Assembly: GCA_964247055.1 (NCBI GenBank)
Contig: OZ176053.1
Coordinates: forward strand, 9,610,001-9,674,000
Reading direction: 5' to 3'
Length of the DNA: 64,000 nucleotides
Source: Paragordius varius
Lineage: Eukaryota > Animalia > Nematomorpha
A program made the position numbers and the translations under genes. Positions 45,001 through 59,609 of the stretch are shown in pieces. The notes under the pieces are model-generated. The model searched no databases. It was not told the origin of the DNA and worked only from the letters and a program-made list of their open reading frames with translations. The first letter of the stretch is position 1. Each line of letters starts with the position of its first letter.

Positions 45001-47254
45001 TTTAAGTTAAACTAATAACGAAATTTTTTTATTTATTCAAACTAATTAATATTGTGTGTTAATTCAATTAACTCGAAAATCGCTTTAATGCATTTGTGAT
45101 ATACCATTTGCACTTCAAGATGGTCCTTAAACACTCAGGTTGGTCCTTGTACATTTCAAGTTGGTCCTTATACACTTCAAGTTCCTTAAAGTTTTTACAT
45201 TTTGATTTAACCATAATTTTTGCACGTATTTTTTTATTTTATTATTTTTTAACCTAATTTTCTTTATTTATTATATATTATTCATTTAAATATAAAATTT
45301 TATTCAAAAACTACTTTTTTCAAACAATTTTTTTCCAATTTAAGAAAATTATTAACTTTTAAATGTTTTCAATGATAAATTGTAAATAATAACGCACAAA
45401 ACTTATATATTTTTTAATTACGTGTTAAAATCTTATAAATATTCAAAATTATTTTAAGAAATTAATAAAAATATACGGTTTCTGAATAATTAAAACTTGA
45501 TGTTGCTTTAAATTTTATGTTAAATAATAGAAAATATGTTAAAAATGATTAAAAAGATAAATGATACACAATTTGACCGATATAAAAACAAAACAAAAAT
45601 GTCAGGACCAACTTGAAAAGGACCAACTTGAGATATTCGACCAACTTAAAGTGTTTAAGGACACTATTGAAGTGCAAATGGTATATTACAACATATAACT
45701 TTGCGAAAAATGTAATTAAAATAGCTAGCTCAAATCAGCAAAAATATATTTAGTTTTTGATATACAGTCATATTATTGGTTATAATTTTGATACGCGACT
45801 GGCCACAATAAAATCAAAATATTTTTTATTTCTTTTTTTTCTTAAATTCTCCATATAATTTTTAAATTAATTACTGCTCACGTACTTTTGACAGTTACCA
45901 TTTAAAAAACCTTTCCATAATTTTTCTGTTTAATATATAAAAAAAACGTCCCTTTTATTACATTTAAAACTTGTAAATATTTGATAAATGTTGTCATGCT
46001 GGTGAGTCGATTGCGTTTGTAAAGTTATTGAATAATTCCCTGGTAACAAATCTTTCACAATGAATTGAGGTGTTTCAATCTAAACAGAATAATGAGATTA
46101 AGATCTTAACTACTTTTCCTGGGTTTTTTGAAATCAGATTTCGTTGCCCATATACATTCATGATTGCTACACCAGTTTCTGTTTGATATTCGTGGGGGAT
46201 TTGATAATTCATCAATAAACTATTTTGATCCTCGACAGTCTCCATAACCAATTCATACTTGGCCGAAGCATTCAAAGAAATTTTCCGGTTAAAACAGTTA
46301 CCCTTATTTAGCACTGAAAAAAATTGTCATTTGTAAATGCGATATAACAATTAAAATAATTAATAAAAAGATTTGTTATAAAATTTGCTTTAACCGATGG
46401 TTGGAATATCAATTTCGATGAAAATGCATTCATCACTTTTGTTGATGATAGTGGCTTTAACTCCGTCATCTGTAAAAAAGATTCGAGGTGGATCACTGGC
46501 TATTAATATTAAATCAAACATTAATTAATATCACAAAACATGACAGGTATAAGACTAATATTAGTGAGGAAACAATCATTTTATTTAACTTACCCGATAG
46601 GTTTTAAAAAAGTTATATGAATAAAGGGAAATATTGTTGGCTTCAAAGTCAATTTTTTCGCTTTTTACTGCTTTAGCCAATAATAATGCTCATTAATGTC
46701 TATGTTATTTGGCAATATATAATGATGAAAACTGTTAATTGGTACATTTTAGGTTTGATGAAATAATTTTTTTTATTTTTTTACGCTTTGCGCTTACTAT
46801 TTTAATTTTTATTGTAAAAACAAATTCTTCTGGTATTGCCATACAAAAATATATAAAAAATACCTCCTGGTTTTGTTGGATCTACGGGGATTTCGATAAC
46901 AAAGCTCGTACCTACCATTTAATATACAAAGCAATTTACCGTTTTCCCTCTCTAAAATATATGATATCAAAATTTATTTGCAATTTTTAGCAAATAAAAT
47001 TGAAAATTATCATTATAATTCTTACCTTCAGTTTGATGAATAATTATGTTATGATTGTCAGCTAATTTGTATAAATAATGCGACGATCATGCATGATTTT
47101 AGTCAAATATTTCAATTATGTTTTAAATTTATATACCCGAGAAAATTGCTCCGAGAGCGGCAAACACTATTCCAAGACAAGCTAAGATAAAAAGAAATAA
47201 TTTAGCAATAACACACAAAATATGGATTTGAAGTCAACCAAATACATTTTACTA

Positions 47255-47307
<53 letters not shown>

Positions 47308-50300
47308 CTTACTTGCAACTGCTGAAAATAATATGCCTGAAAATTAAATTTGAAAATAACTTCCTCCGACGAAAACACCTAATATAGAGAGATTTGTTTA
47401 TATTAATATATAATTATATAATAAATTTTCAGTTATAAAACATACCTGTTTTTCCTAAAAAATTTTGTTGTAAGGAGGAAATGAGCATTTATAAATTGTT
47501 TAGGTTGCATCATAAAAGATTAATTCTTACCCAGTGCAAATAATTTACCTAAAAATATATATTATAAAAAGTTTTTACCGGCTATAACCGAGAGAACTTT
47601 AGACACAAGAGCTGTAGCCCCTGCCGATCCACATCCTACATAAAAAAATATTATTTATAAATAAGGCGGTATGAATGGTCCACCACACAATCATAAAAAT
47701 GTTTAATAATGATGTGAAAATCGTCGTAAAATAACGTAATGATAAAATATAATTTATTAGTTCACAAATTTTTGTCATAGGCACATCTTCAGGGGTAGTT
47801 AAAATATATATAAATATATATAAATATATATATATATAATAAAAGATAATAAAAATTAAATTAAAAAAATGAACGAATTCATGATTGATGTTAATTATAT
47901 AGGAAAAAATCACAAAAGAACCGTTAATGGACAAAAGAAAGAAAAATCACAAAGAAACCGTTGTATCCTGATGATGCCTATGGCAAAAATTTATGAATCT
48001 ATGAATTATATTTTATTTTTACGTTATCAACGATTTTCACATCATTTACATAACAGACCCTTGTCGTTACCCATTCAATTTAAATGTTTAATAATATTTT
48101 CAAAAAGAATCTTCGAATCTAAATTTTTAGCGTGCGAAAACCATCGCGTTTTTTAACAAGAAAATTTAGTTTTGCTTTTTATATATGACAATATACCATT
48201 TATCCTTCATGTATGTCTTTTTACATATCAAGTTTGTCCCTCAGCAAAGGAAAAACTTGATATGTAAAAAAATTGAGAGGTTAAATGGTATTAAAAAACT
48301 GAACAAATTAAAATCATAGCTATAGTGTTTTTTCTGTTATAATAGTATGCCAACAAATAATTCAAGGCGTTCTTTTTATGAATAGTTTAATTTAAAAGGA
48401 CAAAAGAATAATCAAACAAATTTTTATCAAAAAAAGTATTTAAAGCTTTAAAGTCAAAGACTTTGGATGTCTTTGATACTTGAATCACATGATGCTTGCA
48501 ACCATTACCGACTAGTAGCGTTTTATGGCTTAATTTTTTTGATTCTTTGGGTTTACTAAATTTATCAAAATGTTTTCGTCCATCCTTAACTCAAAAGAGG
48601 TGACATATATATCGCCCACATGGGCTGAGGAGCCGCGGTAAAAAAGCCCCTTTGACAATGTGTTAGCTTAATTAAGCTATCCTTTCTGTTTTTGAAATAC
48701 TCCGAGACATTATGTGCGGCCCGCTTTTTTAAATCATAATTTGTAAAAATTGGAAAATCTTAATAAGTTTGGTTTTTATTTAACAAATTTTTTTAATTAA
48801 GCCTTTTACCAATTGGCAACTAACTAGAAAAAGTTTTTGTGGCATTTTACAGTCTTATGTTTGGAACTAATTAAATATTTTTGAATGTATATATTTCATA
48901 GCGGTGCGCCGATTTGTCAAAAATGTGACCAGCGAAGCCATTTGTCTTGGACTCCCCTAGTTAAAAGCATCTTTTAAACGCCATTATTTGTATTTATTAA
49001 TAAGTTTCGAATGAATATCCATAGATATGAACTTTTAACTATTATCCTGTTTTTTGACATGGTTAACCATGTGTGTAAAGCATATATACACTTTTTTGAA
49101 CTTTGATTGCCTTTTATTGCCATGTATAATTGGCATTAATGTGATAGTGATTTAAAATTTGTTACTTATGGTTAATTGAAAAATTATGGTTGATTTCGTA
49201 ATTGCTGTTAGCTTTTACTTTTTAAAACTGGCATATAATCGCTTATACGGCTGGCCATATATTACATATTATTATAATTATTGTATATTTAAAAACTATA
49301 AAAGAAGGTGTAGTAAAGCAATGGTATGGTCTTGACCGATCGAAAATAATTACGGCCCAATAAACAAATCAAAAGTTTCGATAGTGTTATTTTATAGTAC
49401 ACTCATTTATAAAAGCAATCACAGTTACGCTGAGTCAACTTACATTAACCGATCAAAACCAACCCTATGGATGGTGTTTTGTCTTTTTGATTTTAAGCTA
49501 TAACCTTATTTTGATCAGCATCCATAAAATATAGATGCTTTAATTTGTTTGGAAGCTCTGGTCGGTATCATCGGATAATTGAAGGGTTTTTACCTAGACG
49601 ATTACTTATTTTTACATTATAAGGAAAATGTAATTTTATAAGTGATGTATTCTATAAAATAACCTCAATGTTTTTATGTCATAAAATATAAATGTAGAAA
49701 ATTTTCCAATCTTTCTACCTACATATTAAATTTTAAGGACGAAATACATTTATATGGGATTATAAGATATTGATAGGTACGAAGTATATTTAAAAATTAT
49801 GTCATATTGGTGAGTAAACAAATTTATCGTATTACCTGCAGGGTTTGGGCCTTTTGGACCTATTGGCTTTGGGTTTGGCTTTTGTCCTCTGTCATTGGGA
49901 AACTGGTTTTTCTTAGTGTCTAAGTTATATCAAAGAAATAATTTACCATGATCTTCTTGTTGTGATTCGTCTAAATTTATTGAAGATTAATAGAGAATTT
50001 AGCATTATAAATCTAACCTTATCATTTCAACACATAAATTTTTTATTAGGACAATTCAAGGGTAATATAATATAATATCAACAACTGATAAATTAGAATA
50101 TTGCGATTCATAAATTTAAAATGCCTTTGAAGTCGATAATGTTTATTAGTTCCATATTAAAATTTTTTGCGGGGAAGTACAAAAAATATCCTGATTAGAA
50201 ATATATATTATGATAGAGAAATGTATCCGTTTTCGTACTACTTTTGGTTTTGGTTACGAGGCAGACAAATTGTTAATTGCTCAATTAATCGCAAATTTGG

Positions 50301-53300
50301 CTCACATTATGCTAAGAAAGATTTAAGCTAGGTGCTGTTATAAAAATATCTTAAAAAGTCTACATAAAGTATAGCAATATTATATTAAATTTTAATTTCG
50401 GATGTAGGCTCCGAAAGACTTAAATTTTACCCCATAAATGGCTAGTTATATACCAATTACAACTCAAATTCACCCTTAAACAATTCAAACACCCTTAAAA
50501 TAAATTATTTGTTCTCAGGCTATTATAACTCATCATAAATATGCATTAATTCTTTGTGGTATAGTCTACTATTTTTTAGTATTATGTTAATATTTAACGA
50601 GATTTAATATAAAAAAATATAGGTAATTTTTAATATTTAAAACATATAATTTATTTTAGGGTGAATTTGAAAAGTCATGTTCAGTAGCAAATTTTAATTA
50701 TCTTTATGGGGTGAATTTGAGCTTTAAATGGTATATTTATGAAGCCCACATCAAATAAAAATTTAAAATATATAGTTCTTTGTTTTTTAATAAAAGTTTA
50801 TGATATATTTTCATAACATATTTTGAAATAACGCTCATAGTTTTCACCAAAAAAATGAGAAAAATGTATAATTTACAATTTTTTGGTATGGAATTTAGAC
50901 GAAAATGTTATAGTACTATAACATTTAAACATGGATATATTTTATCAATATTTTTTGTGGCATTGTGTAAATGCGCAAACAAGTGATTAAACTTCTTAAT
51001 ATATTATTTTTAGATAATTAATGTGTGGGATTATCATTAGTCAGTGTATTAAATTGGAAGGCGCTATTATATTTTGGTAATTTTCACAAAATTAAATAAT
51101 TTAAAAATTAGCAAAGAGTTTTAAAATAAATTTGTGTGTTTTTTATATCGGCTAAGATCATTGACAGATTAAATGATCTCCTACAACCCATTTTCGCACA
51201 CTTAGATTACCATATACTGCAATTATGAAATTGGGCCTATTATTTTGGAAAAATATTTTAGAAACTATCATTTTTAATATTTCCATTAAATTAAACTGGT
51301 TTCCTTCTTGGTATAAAAAACGGTGACGAAACCATTTGTTGTAAAATCGAATTGGTTAAGGCAAAAATTTAGATAACCACAATCGTTAAATCTATATACG
51401 CGTAAAAAATATAATTAAAGCCGAAATGGTGCCACATGAATTTTTTTAGGACAAAATATATTATGCAACATATAATACCTGGAAATATTACCCAAACCTA
51501 GGTTCATTAAATTAATAAATTATTTGCTCAAATATAATTAATCCGTGGTGAAGATGCATTTATCCTTAGCTTTAAAAAATTTATTTATATTCTTCCTATA
51601 TTGTAGCATAATTGAGTGTGTGTGTTGCTAAGTCGAGGGACATTTTGCAATTTTTTAAATAAAACTTCTCCATAGGTTGCGTTTAGTTTCAATGTTAAGT
51701 TCTGCCAAGGTTGCATTGGTTTCCATTAAAATATTGTCCATCCACCTTATCCTTCATCGGCCCCTTTTACGTGTACCACTAACTTTTCCCAACATCAAGG
51801 ATTTTTCCAGTGAGTTAGATCTCATAATGTGGCCAAAGTAGGATAGTTTGGTGTGAATGACATTCCAAGCAATGACATATCGGGATTGATTTTTGTAAAA
51901 TTGTGTTGTTAGTTATTTTATCCGTTTATTTTATAAAATAAAAATAATTCCATGGATACAAGTGTGTTTTATTTTAAAATTTTCGCGAATCAAATTAAAA
52001 TTGGAATCCATACCTTCTTCTCCGGGAACATCTTCATTGGGTTCGTTTTCTGATTCCTGATCTACAGTAAAATTTATTCAGAAAATTTTTTAATAAACAT
52101 TTAATAAATGATTTAAAGCAGGGGTATTCAACATGCGGCCCGCAAAAAACTTGGCAATTCATAATTTGCAATACTTACAAAATCTTGGCAAAATTAATAT
52201 TTATTAAAAATTTCTGAACAAAGTCCTTCAATTGGCAAAGAACTAAAAAAATTGATATGTTGTGCGTTTTACAGTCCTACGTTTGAAATATAATAAATTA
52301 TTATTAATGCCCATATATATTGAGGATGCGGCCCATCGGCTATTTTAAAGGACAAATGAGGCCCATCAAAGCCATTTGCGATGGACACACCCCTGATCAA
52401 TGGTTTTTGGGAATCAATATTTAGTAAACATTTTTTTTTTATAAAATCATATTAACCTTTTTCGGTATCAGATTCTTCGTCGGAGGTCCCATCATCGTCA
52501 GCATTCTGATTTGGTGTGTCATTTTCTACGTCTGGATCCTGATGCACGTACCCTACGTTCTCTAAAACCTCTTGCTGGGCATTGTTTGCATCCATTTCCG
52601 CCATAACTTAAGATTTTGTTATAGTTTACGAAAAAATTATTTTTTCATTAATTTGCAAAATTTATGATTATTAGTATTATCAAAATAAAAGAGATAAAAG
52701 TAAATTTATAAAATTTTTCAAAAATACAGAAGCGAAACTAATTATTAGAATGTTAAAATAATAATTTGTAATCTCGTAAAATTTATTAAATTCAAACTAT
52801 ATCCAAAATTTTTGATACATGAGAGTATCTTTTTCAATGGAAAATAATAATTACGTAATATTATAAATTTACCTCCGTAGAGTCCTTGGAGAGCTTAATA
52901 ATATATTATTTTTTTTAAACGTATATAAACAAGGGAAATATTTATAAGGATCGATTTTTAATTAGTGTTAAAAATTATTTTAAGAATATAAGGGTATTTT
53001 TGGGGACTTTTTAATAGAGAAAGATAAGCTTTCCTAATTGGCAAAATCAGTCTAAGAATAAGGAAAATAAGTGAAAAAACTAAAATAAACAGCTGATCTA
53101 TATATTGACCACCATTTTACTTAAGATATACTATTCATGATAATTTAGGTACGTAAAAAATTTACAATACAGGGAAATTTAATTTTTGAACATGTAAATC
53201 TCAAAAAATTTGTATATCGTTGAATTATGCAATCTTTTCTATATTCTCGATTAAATGTATCCTTTATTTCAAAGCTCGTGGGATTTTTGCCATATATGCA

Positions 53301-56300
53301 AAAAGAGCCAAAGGTTATATTATATAGGTTTTGCTAAAATACTTTTAAAATATAATTTAAAGATATTATTTTATTTTAGCTACACCAAAATTGATTATAC
53401 ACAAAATTATAAACATATAGTGTTCACAAAATTAATATCCTAATGAAATATATATTATAATACATAAATGTATCAGAATCTCATAATTTGTTTTGAGCTT
53501 TACGAGTGATATAAGAATATTATATCCACTTTTGTGGCATATTAGAAGAAGACAAAATTTGCGCAAATTTTGTCATTTTTTTTGGTGAAGGCTAAATGAA
53601 AAATATTATTAAAATATACCATAAACTACAATTTAAAAGCTAATATTTTTATGAAATTTTAAATATTGGTCGTAAAAATTTTAAATATTCGGACCCCTCC
53701 AAAATGAGTTCTCTTAAAATAAAGGCGTAAAAGCGTACACTGCGCGATAAAAAAATTTAAATATATGCCAAATTTTGACAAATAATTTTTTTCCGAAAAT
53801 CGGATGTTTTGCTTATAAATTAATTTAGAGCAAAATGGTGAAGCGAATTTTATGGTTTAAGTATGTGAAACGGTATAAAAAGACTTTAATATATTATTTA
53901 AATATTTTTTTATATAGTTCTTTTATGCTGAGTATTTCTATCACCTCAGGATTTTTTAGAAAATCGTTGCTTATTTTAAATAAATTTTTGTAAAAAAAGA
54001 TTTATAGATAACATAAATTTGAAGACGAACGAATATTTTAATCAAAATTTGATTCAAGATCATCGAATTATATATAAAAGTTGGTTTATTCCATCTTAAA
54101 GCGTTTTTATACCGTTTCTATCATATATCAAAATATGTGGTATGCTTAACAAGATATACCTAAAAATAAATTTTTTAAACAAAGTATACAATTTTTAAAA
54201 ATATTTTTTTTTTGAAAATTATATCTCGGAATTTTTGCTTTTCTTTACCCCATTTTTCAGATGGGGGCGAATTCACGGACCCCATATTTAAAATTAAAAA
54301 TTTGATAAAAATATTGTTTAGATTTTTATTCTTAGTATATGACATATTTAATAGATAATTTTTGGGAGTATTTAGCTTTTAAAAAAGAGTGATTTTCGGA
54401 CATGGAACTGTTACCACAAAAGTGTATTTTATATCACTAGTAAACCCCCAAAACCAAAAGGACCATGAGAATGCAGATATATTTGTAGTAATTAAAGTTG
54501 GTATACATTTCATATTCAAACAGAATACGATAAAAATCTATACCAGATAACTTTTTTTATAAATCCCATGTATCAATTTAGGACCTTTGGGGTAGTTTTA
54601 TATCCCAAAGCGATTTGAAACTATATCTTGAAAACATGTTAGTACGAATTATAAATATTCTTTCTTTAGCTTTTAAGGCGCATGCTTCATAAAAAATTTT
54701 GTTAAAATAATGTAAATTTTAAAAAATATCCTTTTCACATTTTTTCGCCGCTATTTTTTCTATATTTTTTTTAAATCGCTAATACAGGCAAATATAGGTT
54801 AAGAAAATGTAATTAATTAACTTTAGTTTCAGATTACATTTTACCAGCAAAAACGATATATATTTATTTCAATATGATGTGGAGCTGTCCTAATAGACTC
54901 TGGAAGCTACAAAACTGTAAATTATCTTTTTTATCTAATACAGGAAAACAATGTTTGATAAATAAATTTTCACCAAAATAAATTTTAAAACAGTGGTGTA
55001 TTTACAAGATTGAAGTCTGGGATATAAAACTAACCCAATAAGTCCAAAAGGTGAAAAAAATCATGAAGTGCTAATGTACTTTGACAAACCCAATTTTAGT
55101 CGTATTGTAAATTTGAATTTACTTATAAATAATTATTTTACCATAAAAAAGCACACTTCACAATTTGGCTGTTTGGTTTTTTTATGATAGTATACAAAGA
55201 AAATTTTTTAACCTATTTTATATATTTATCTCTCTTCTAAAAATCCTAATTAAATTTATCTAATTTGCTTTTCAAATCTATATAAACCACTTAACTAATG
55301 AATAAGAATCTTTGATTTCTTAATATCATGTTATATCGTTTTAAAATGGACAGTTCATGCAATGAATCACACAATTTAAAACTAAAATTTAAAATGACAT
55401 TTCCGCATTTGAAACAAATACTTTAACGCATAATATTGACAGTATCACGGCTATCATATGCCTAAAAACCATTTAATATCCCAAATTAAAGAATATAAAA
55501 CATGGTATTATCTTAAATTATATGAATCCAAAATTATTTACATAGAGTTAAATATACATACCTGCTTCTAATTGTGGGTCTGGATCTATTATGTGTTAAA
55601 ATAAATACGGAATACTTGGCAATGGTGCTGGCAATGGCTCAATATCTACATCTACACAATAGTTTTGGATTATATTAAAACAGGATACTATTTGGTGGGG
55701 CCTGGACAAATTCTATAAATAAAAAAGATATATGCTTATATTATCTTAAATATATATCCTTTCAACCATGCTCTACCCCTAAAATACGCTTGTTTGTCCA
55801 AATTTTAATTAAGAATATTCCAAAGAATTTATTTTTATGCCATAATCTAGAACATATTTAAATTCTTATCGTGCAACGACGGCTCGTTTGCGTTTTATTA
55901 AATAAACCTATCCCATCACCAACTGATTTACCTTCGTTCGGGTTGAGTTGTTCTACAAATAAAAATTAAAATTAGGATTTTAAGTAAAATTTGTAATAAA
56001 ATTAATAATTTTATACAAATTTGACTATTTATTTTTACCCCATTCTGGTGGCGGTTCGTCAAGGACATAATCAATTTCTCCATTTTGTATAGGGTTATGC
56101 GCCAGCAAATCCCATTGGGCTAACGCTGCATCCACTTCTGCATCGTCGGCAATATCTAAAATCAAATTTTGTGGCAAGATAAAATTAATTTAAATCCATA
56201 TATTTATCTTACCTCTCTTTACTTATAATTTTTTATCCAAACAATTTTTAATATATATATTTTATGCTGTTTTTCACAAACATGTAAATAAATTAACAAA

Positions 56301-57254
56301 TAAATTTTAATTTTTTGACATTGATTATATATTTTTTCCGTTTTCCTTTTATAATGACACAACATTTGACCGTAATTTTATATGAAAATATTTAACAAGT
56401 GGCAAATTAACTTATTGTATTGGTAGAAAAACCTTTTAATAAACATGCACGAATATCGAAATGGTCAAAATAATAAAAATTATGGCTCACTCATTAGTTC
56501 TCCTTCCCCATTGTTTAAAGCCTCATCCACAAACGCTATTTGTGATAAAACAATTATATTATTCTTTTGCAATGTAAACCTAAAGGAAAATAACTGAAGA
56601 ATGTTTAATTAGTTTTATTGAAAATCTAGTTAATTCTTTATATGGAGGAATTGGTTACCTTAATTAGAAATATATATTATATACCTTAGATATTGGACTG
56701 ATTTTTAATTTAGCCATTTATAACCATGTTGGGTAGAAAATTAATGATGGTTGTTAAATATCTATCTTTATATTTTCACTATAAGATTATTGACACAAAC
56801 GAATGTAGTGCGATTGAAAGAATTAATATATTAGACTAAACAACAAAAATACACGTTATATGCAAGGAGTCGATATCGACTTAAGAAAGAATTACATGTC
56901 TAAATACAGGATTTTCCGACAATTCTTATCATTCGGTACTTTTATTTAAACCAAGAAAAAAATTAATTTCAAAACCAAATATGCACCTTTTTAGATTAAA
57001 TATATTACCATATTCATTTTAAAGGCTGGTTATAAAGGTAAATTAACAAATTATATTTACCATATTCAACACAAATATATATTTAATTAAGTTATTAAAT
57101 TGAAATGGCGAAAATATGTGATGGTATAAAATCATTTGATCCATAAAATTGGATATTCACTAATACATTATATTTAAAACAATATTTCGAAAAAATAGTA
57201 ATCAAAGTTTATGTAAGTTTTAAAAAGTAAATTATTTACCGCCAGGAGGTAAGT
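42024..57254 (-). CDS. Gene B: unrecognised ~24-exon membrane-protein gene, paralogue of gene A. Exons high to low: [57240-57254, 56491-56579 tentative], 56213-56221, 56039-56155, 55932-55952, 55689-55712, 55616-55651, 55562-55585, 52873-52893, 52457-52606, 52014-52061, 49947-49970, 49836-49919, 48509-48589, 47579-47635, 47313-47336, 47137-47181, 47026-47061, 46864-46911, 46395-46499, 46114-46313, 45962-46079, 43054-43214, 42024-42158
   Basis: The spliced frame is open: DIADDAEVDAALAQW...DEPPPEW...MAEMDANNAQQE...GTSDEESDTEK...QKPNPKPIGPKGPNP...GCGSAGATALVSKVLSVIAGILFSAVATCLGIVFAALGAIFS...INKSDECIFIEIDIPTIVLNKGNCFNRK...FIVKDLLPGNYSITLQ...EILKDDYICVKN...YFHIYPDKQFKIYLQ...LEENKEYLIGYKPHDNCKVPMGQLIFIYKSH*. 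It matches gene A, including identical 24/45/36-nt and 118-nt exon sizes. The first exon is unresolved. Confidence 0.8.
44086..44862. repeat. Foldback element with ~150 bp inverted arms enclosing a hAT MITE and an RTE tail
   Basis: TATACCATTTCCCAGTCAATCGAAAC...GAAAAACACATTTATTGAATGA versus TCATTCAATAAATGTGTTTTTC...CGATTGGGAAATGGTATA. Confidence 0.7.
44535..44675 (+). mobile_element. Short 3' fragment of an RTE-like LINE
   Basis: Reads AKLKIEDAENRNNWKTAIK...ATFNSEDQQL*, followed by a (GAT)n tail. Confidence 0.55.
45096..45690. repeat. Foldback element with subterminal (AAGTTGGTCCTT)n repeats
   Basis: TATACCATTTGCACTTCAA..CCTTAAACACT versus AGTGTTTAAGG..TTGAAGTGCAAATGGTATA. About three GTTGGTCC units on the left and GACCAAC units on the right. 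Confidence 0.7.
47255..47305. repeat. (TA)n microsatellite, the longest of several (others at ~13141, ~19580, ~34305, ~57265)
   Basis: Direct reading. Confidence 0.95.
51612..51900 (-). mobile_element. 3' end of an RTE/BovB-like LINE in an intron of gene B
   Basis: Translates KLSYFGHIMRSNSLEKSLMLGKVSGTRKRGR*RIRWMDNI...LW, the typical RTE C-terminus, followed by a (CA)n tail. Confidence 0.85.
53444..54485. mobile_element. M1 palindromic MITE with eroded ends, in an intron of gene B
   Basis: Internal homology to the other M1 copies (GCGCAAATTTTG, GCGCGATAAAAA, GAAACGGTATAAAA and its reverse complement). Confidence 0.65.
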
Positions 57255-57259
57255 CTAAA

Positions 57260-57295
<36 letters not shown>

Positions 57296-57909
57296 TATTA
57301 GTTACAATAGACACAATAAATAATATGTATCTGTGCATTTTTAAATGGAAAAACTTCCCAGCTTTCATCCATAAAAAACCTGCATGCATATTAACACCTT
57401 ACTAGTTTTCGGGATAGTTTTTTATCCCAGAGCGATAAGAAGCCGAATTTAAAATGCTTTTTTAGCCTTATAGGCGCATTATACAAAAAAAATTTTAAAT
57501 GTAAAATTGTAAAAAAAATACTCATCTCAAACTTTTTGCCGTCATTTTTTCTATAAATTTTTTAAATCGCTAAAGCAACAACCAAATAATTGTATATTAT
57601 AGTTAGAAAATATAAACAATAACTTAATAAGCTTTCAGGCTATATTTTACGAGGCAAAACTTGATATATTTTGATTTTAATATCAGCTGTTCATTTCAAT
57701 CGTGTTTTAGCGTGATTTCAAACTCTAGAAGTCACACTGTATAAAATATAAGCTTTTTTATCTAATACATGAGAACAATGTTTGATAATTGATTTTAAGA
57801 AAAATAACTTTCATAACTGTATATTTACAAAATTGAGATCTGGGATATTAAACCATCCAATATGACTAAACGTGTTGAGAAAAACTAAATAATTTGTTAC
57901 ATATATATA

Positions 57910-59046
57910 TACATTCCGTCCAATCGGGGAGTATAAAAAACCTGATGAAATATATATGTTCTGATATAAAAATGTATCTACATGGTGCTTGATTTCGACC
58001 TTTACGAGTGATCTAAGTACCTATTTTTTCGTAGGTGCTCCTATGAGAAAATGACAAAGTATTCGCATATTTTTAAATAAATTTTTCGGTAAAAATTATG
58101 TGCTTTAGTCCAAAAAATATCACTTAAATATATCATAAAAACATAAAAAGCAAAAGAATATTTCAAAAAAATTAATTTTACGAATATGGGCTTCACAAAC
58201 GGAAAACCGGGATTGCGCGATAAAAATTTTAAATATATTCTAAATTTTGGTATTGATTATTTTTTTTAAAAAATGCATAATTTTTAGAAAAATTTTATTG
58301 AAGCTTAGCATAATAAAAACGGTATAAAAACGCTCTAAGATATAAAAACACTTTTTCTATTGATTTGATGATGCTGAACCTTTCGCTCCAGAATAAGGTT
58401 CCTTGTTTTAAAATTTTGGTAAATATTCGTAAAAAAACCAATTTCATAAATAACATGAATTTGAAGATAAAAAAATATATTATTGAAAATTCTGAGGTTT
58501 ATGGAAACGTTCAGCATCAAATTATATAGAAATCGTGTTTTATAATATCTAAAAGCGTTTTATCTTTTCCATTCAAAATAGTGTGAGTACGCTTCAACAA
58601 AATTTTGCAAAAAATTAAATTAAAGTATGTAATTTTTTAAAAATATTTTTTGTTGATACCAAAATTTATAATATATTTAAAATTTTTATCGCGCAATCCC
58701 GGTTTTAAATTTGTGAAGCCCATATTAAAGAGCGAAAAAATATGGGACTTTCGGAGCCATCCATAAATTTAGAATTTTTGAAAATATTGTTTTGCTTTTT
58801 ATGTGTAGTTTATGATATATTTTAGTGACATTTTTTGGAATGAAGTACTTAGCTTTTATCAAAAAAATTGCTAAAAAATGTGCGAAAATTTTGCCATTTT
58901 CTGATATGGTGGAGCAGTTACCACAATAATGTATAAATCACTCGCAAAGGCCACCAAAGGCACTATAATGATCCTGATATATTTTTCTATCAGATACATA
59001 TTTAATCAGGTTATTTTTTTATTTTCGCGATTTTGGACGCAGTGTA
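57910..59046. mobile_element. M1 palindromic MITE between genes C and B
   Basis: TACATTCCGTCCAA...TTTTGGACGCAGTGTA terminal inverted repeats and mirror-image arms. Confidence 0.8.
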
Positions 59047-59609
59047 GATATATAAGAAATTTTTTAAAGTTCAAGAAAATATTGAAATGAACTCTTCATA
59101 CACATATCGCCCGTCACTCCTAAGCGCGATACCCCCTAACAAAGAGTATTTAGAGTTATATATACATTTAGAATTTAGTATGTAAGGGTTTTAAAATATA
59201 AATTAATATAAGCATCAGTTTTATTTGCTCTATTATTATATAATAGTTTCTTGGCTGTTTGTATTAAATACGTGAGATTAACCAGTTCGATACTTGAAAT
59301 GTAAAAATAAAATATAATTGTTTTAATGTATATAACAAAATTATAAAATATTATTTACATTTTATTTATTAAAATAAGCTTATATTTTTTGTTTAACCAT
59401 TTTTATCGATCGGGTTAATCGGTGTTTTTATTATAAAAATTTAAGGATAGTGTAAACTAAGCGTTTTTATAAAACTGAGGCTTAAGTATATTTATTGACA
59501 TTCAAACCCACTATTACGCAAAATTATATGTAATATTTTTGTTTTTATTTCCAAAAATTTTATTTTTGCATAAAACAGCCTTATTTTATAAATATGGATG
59601 CATTATTAG

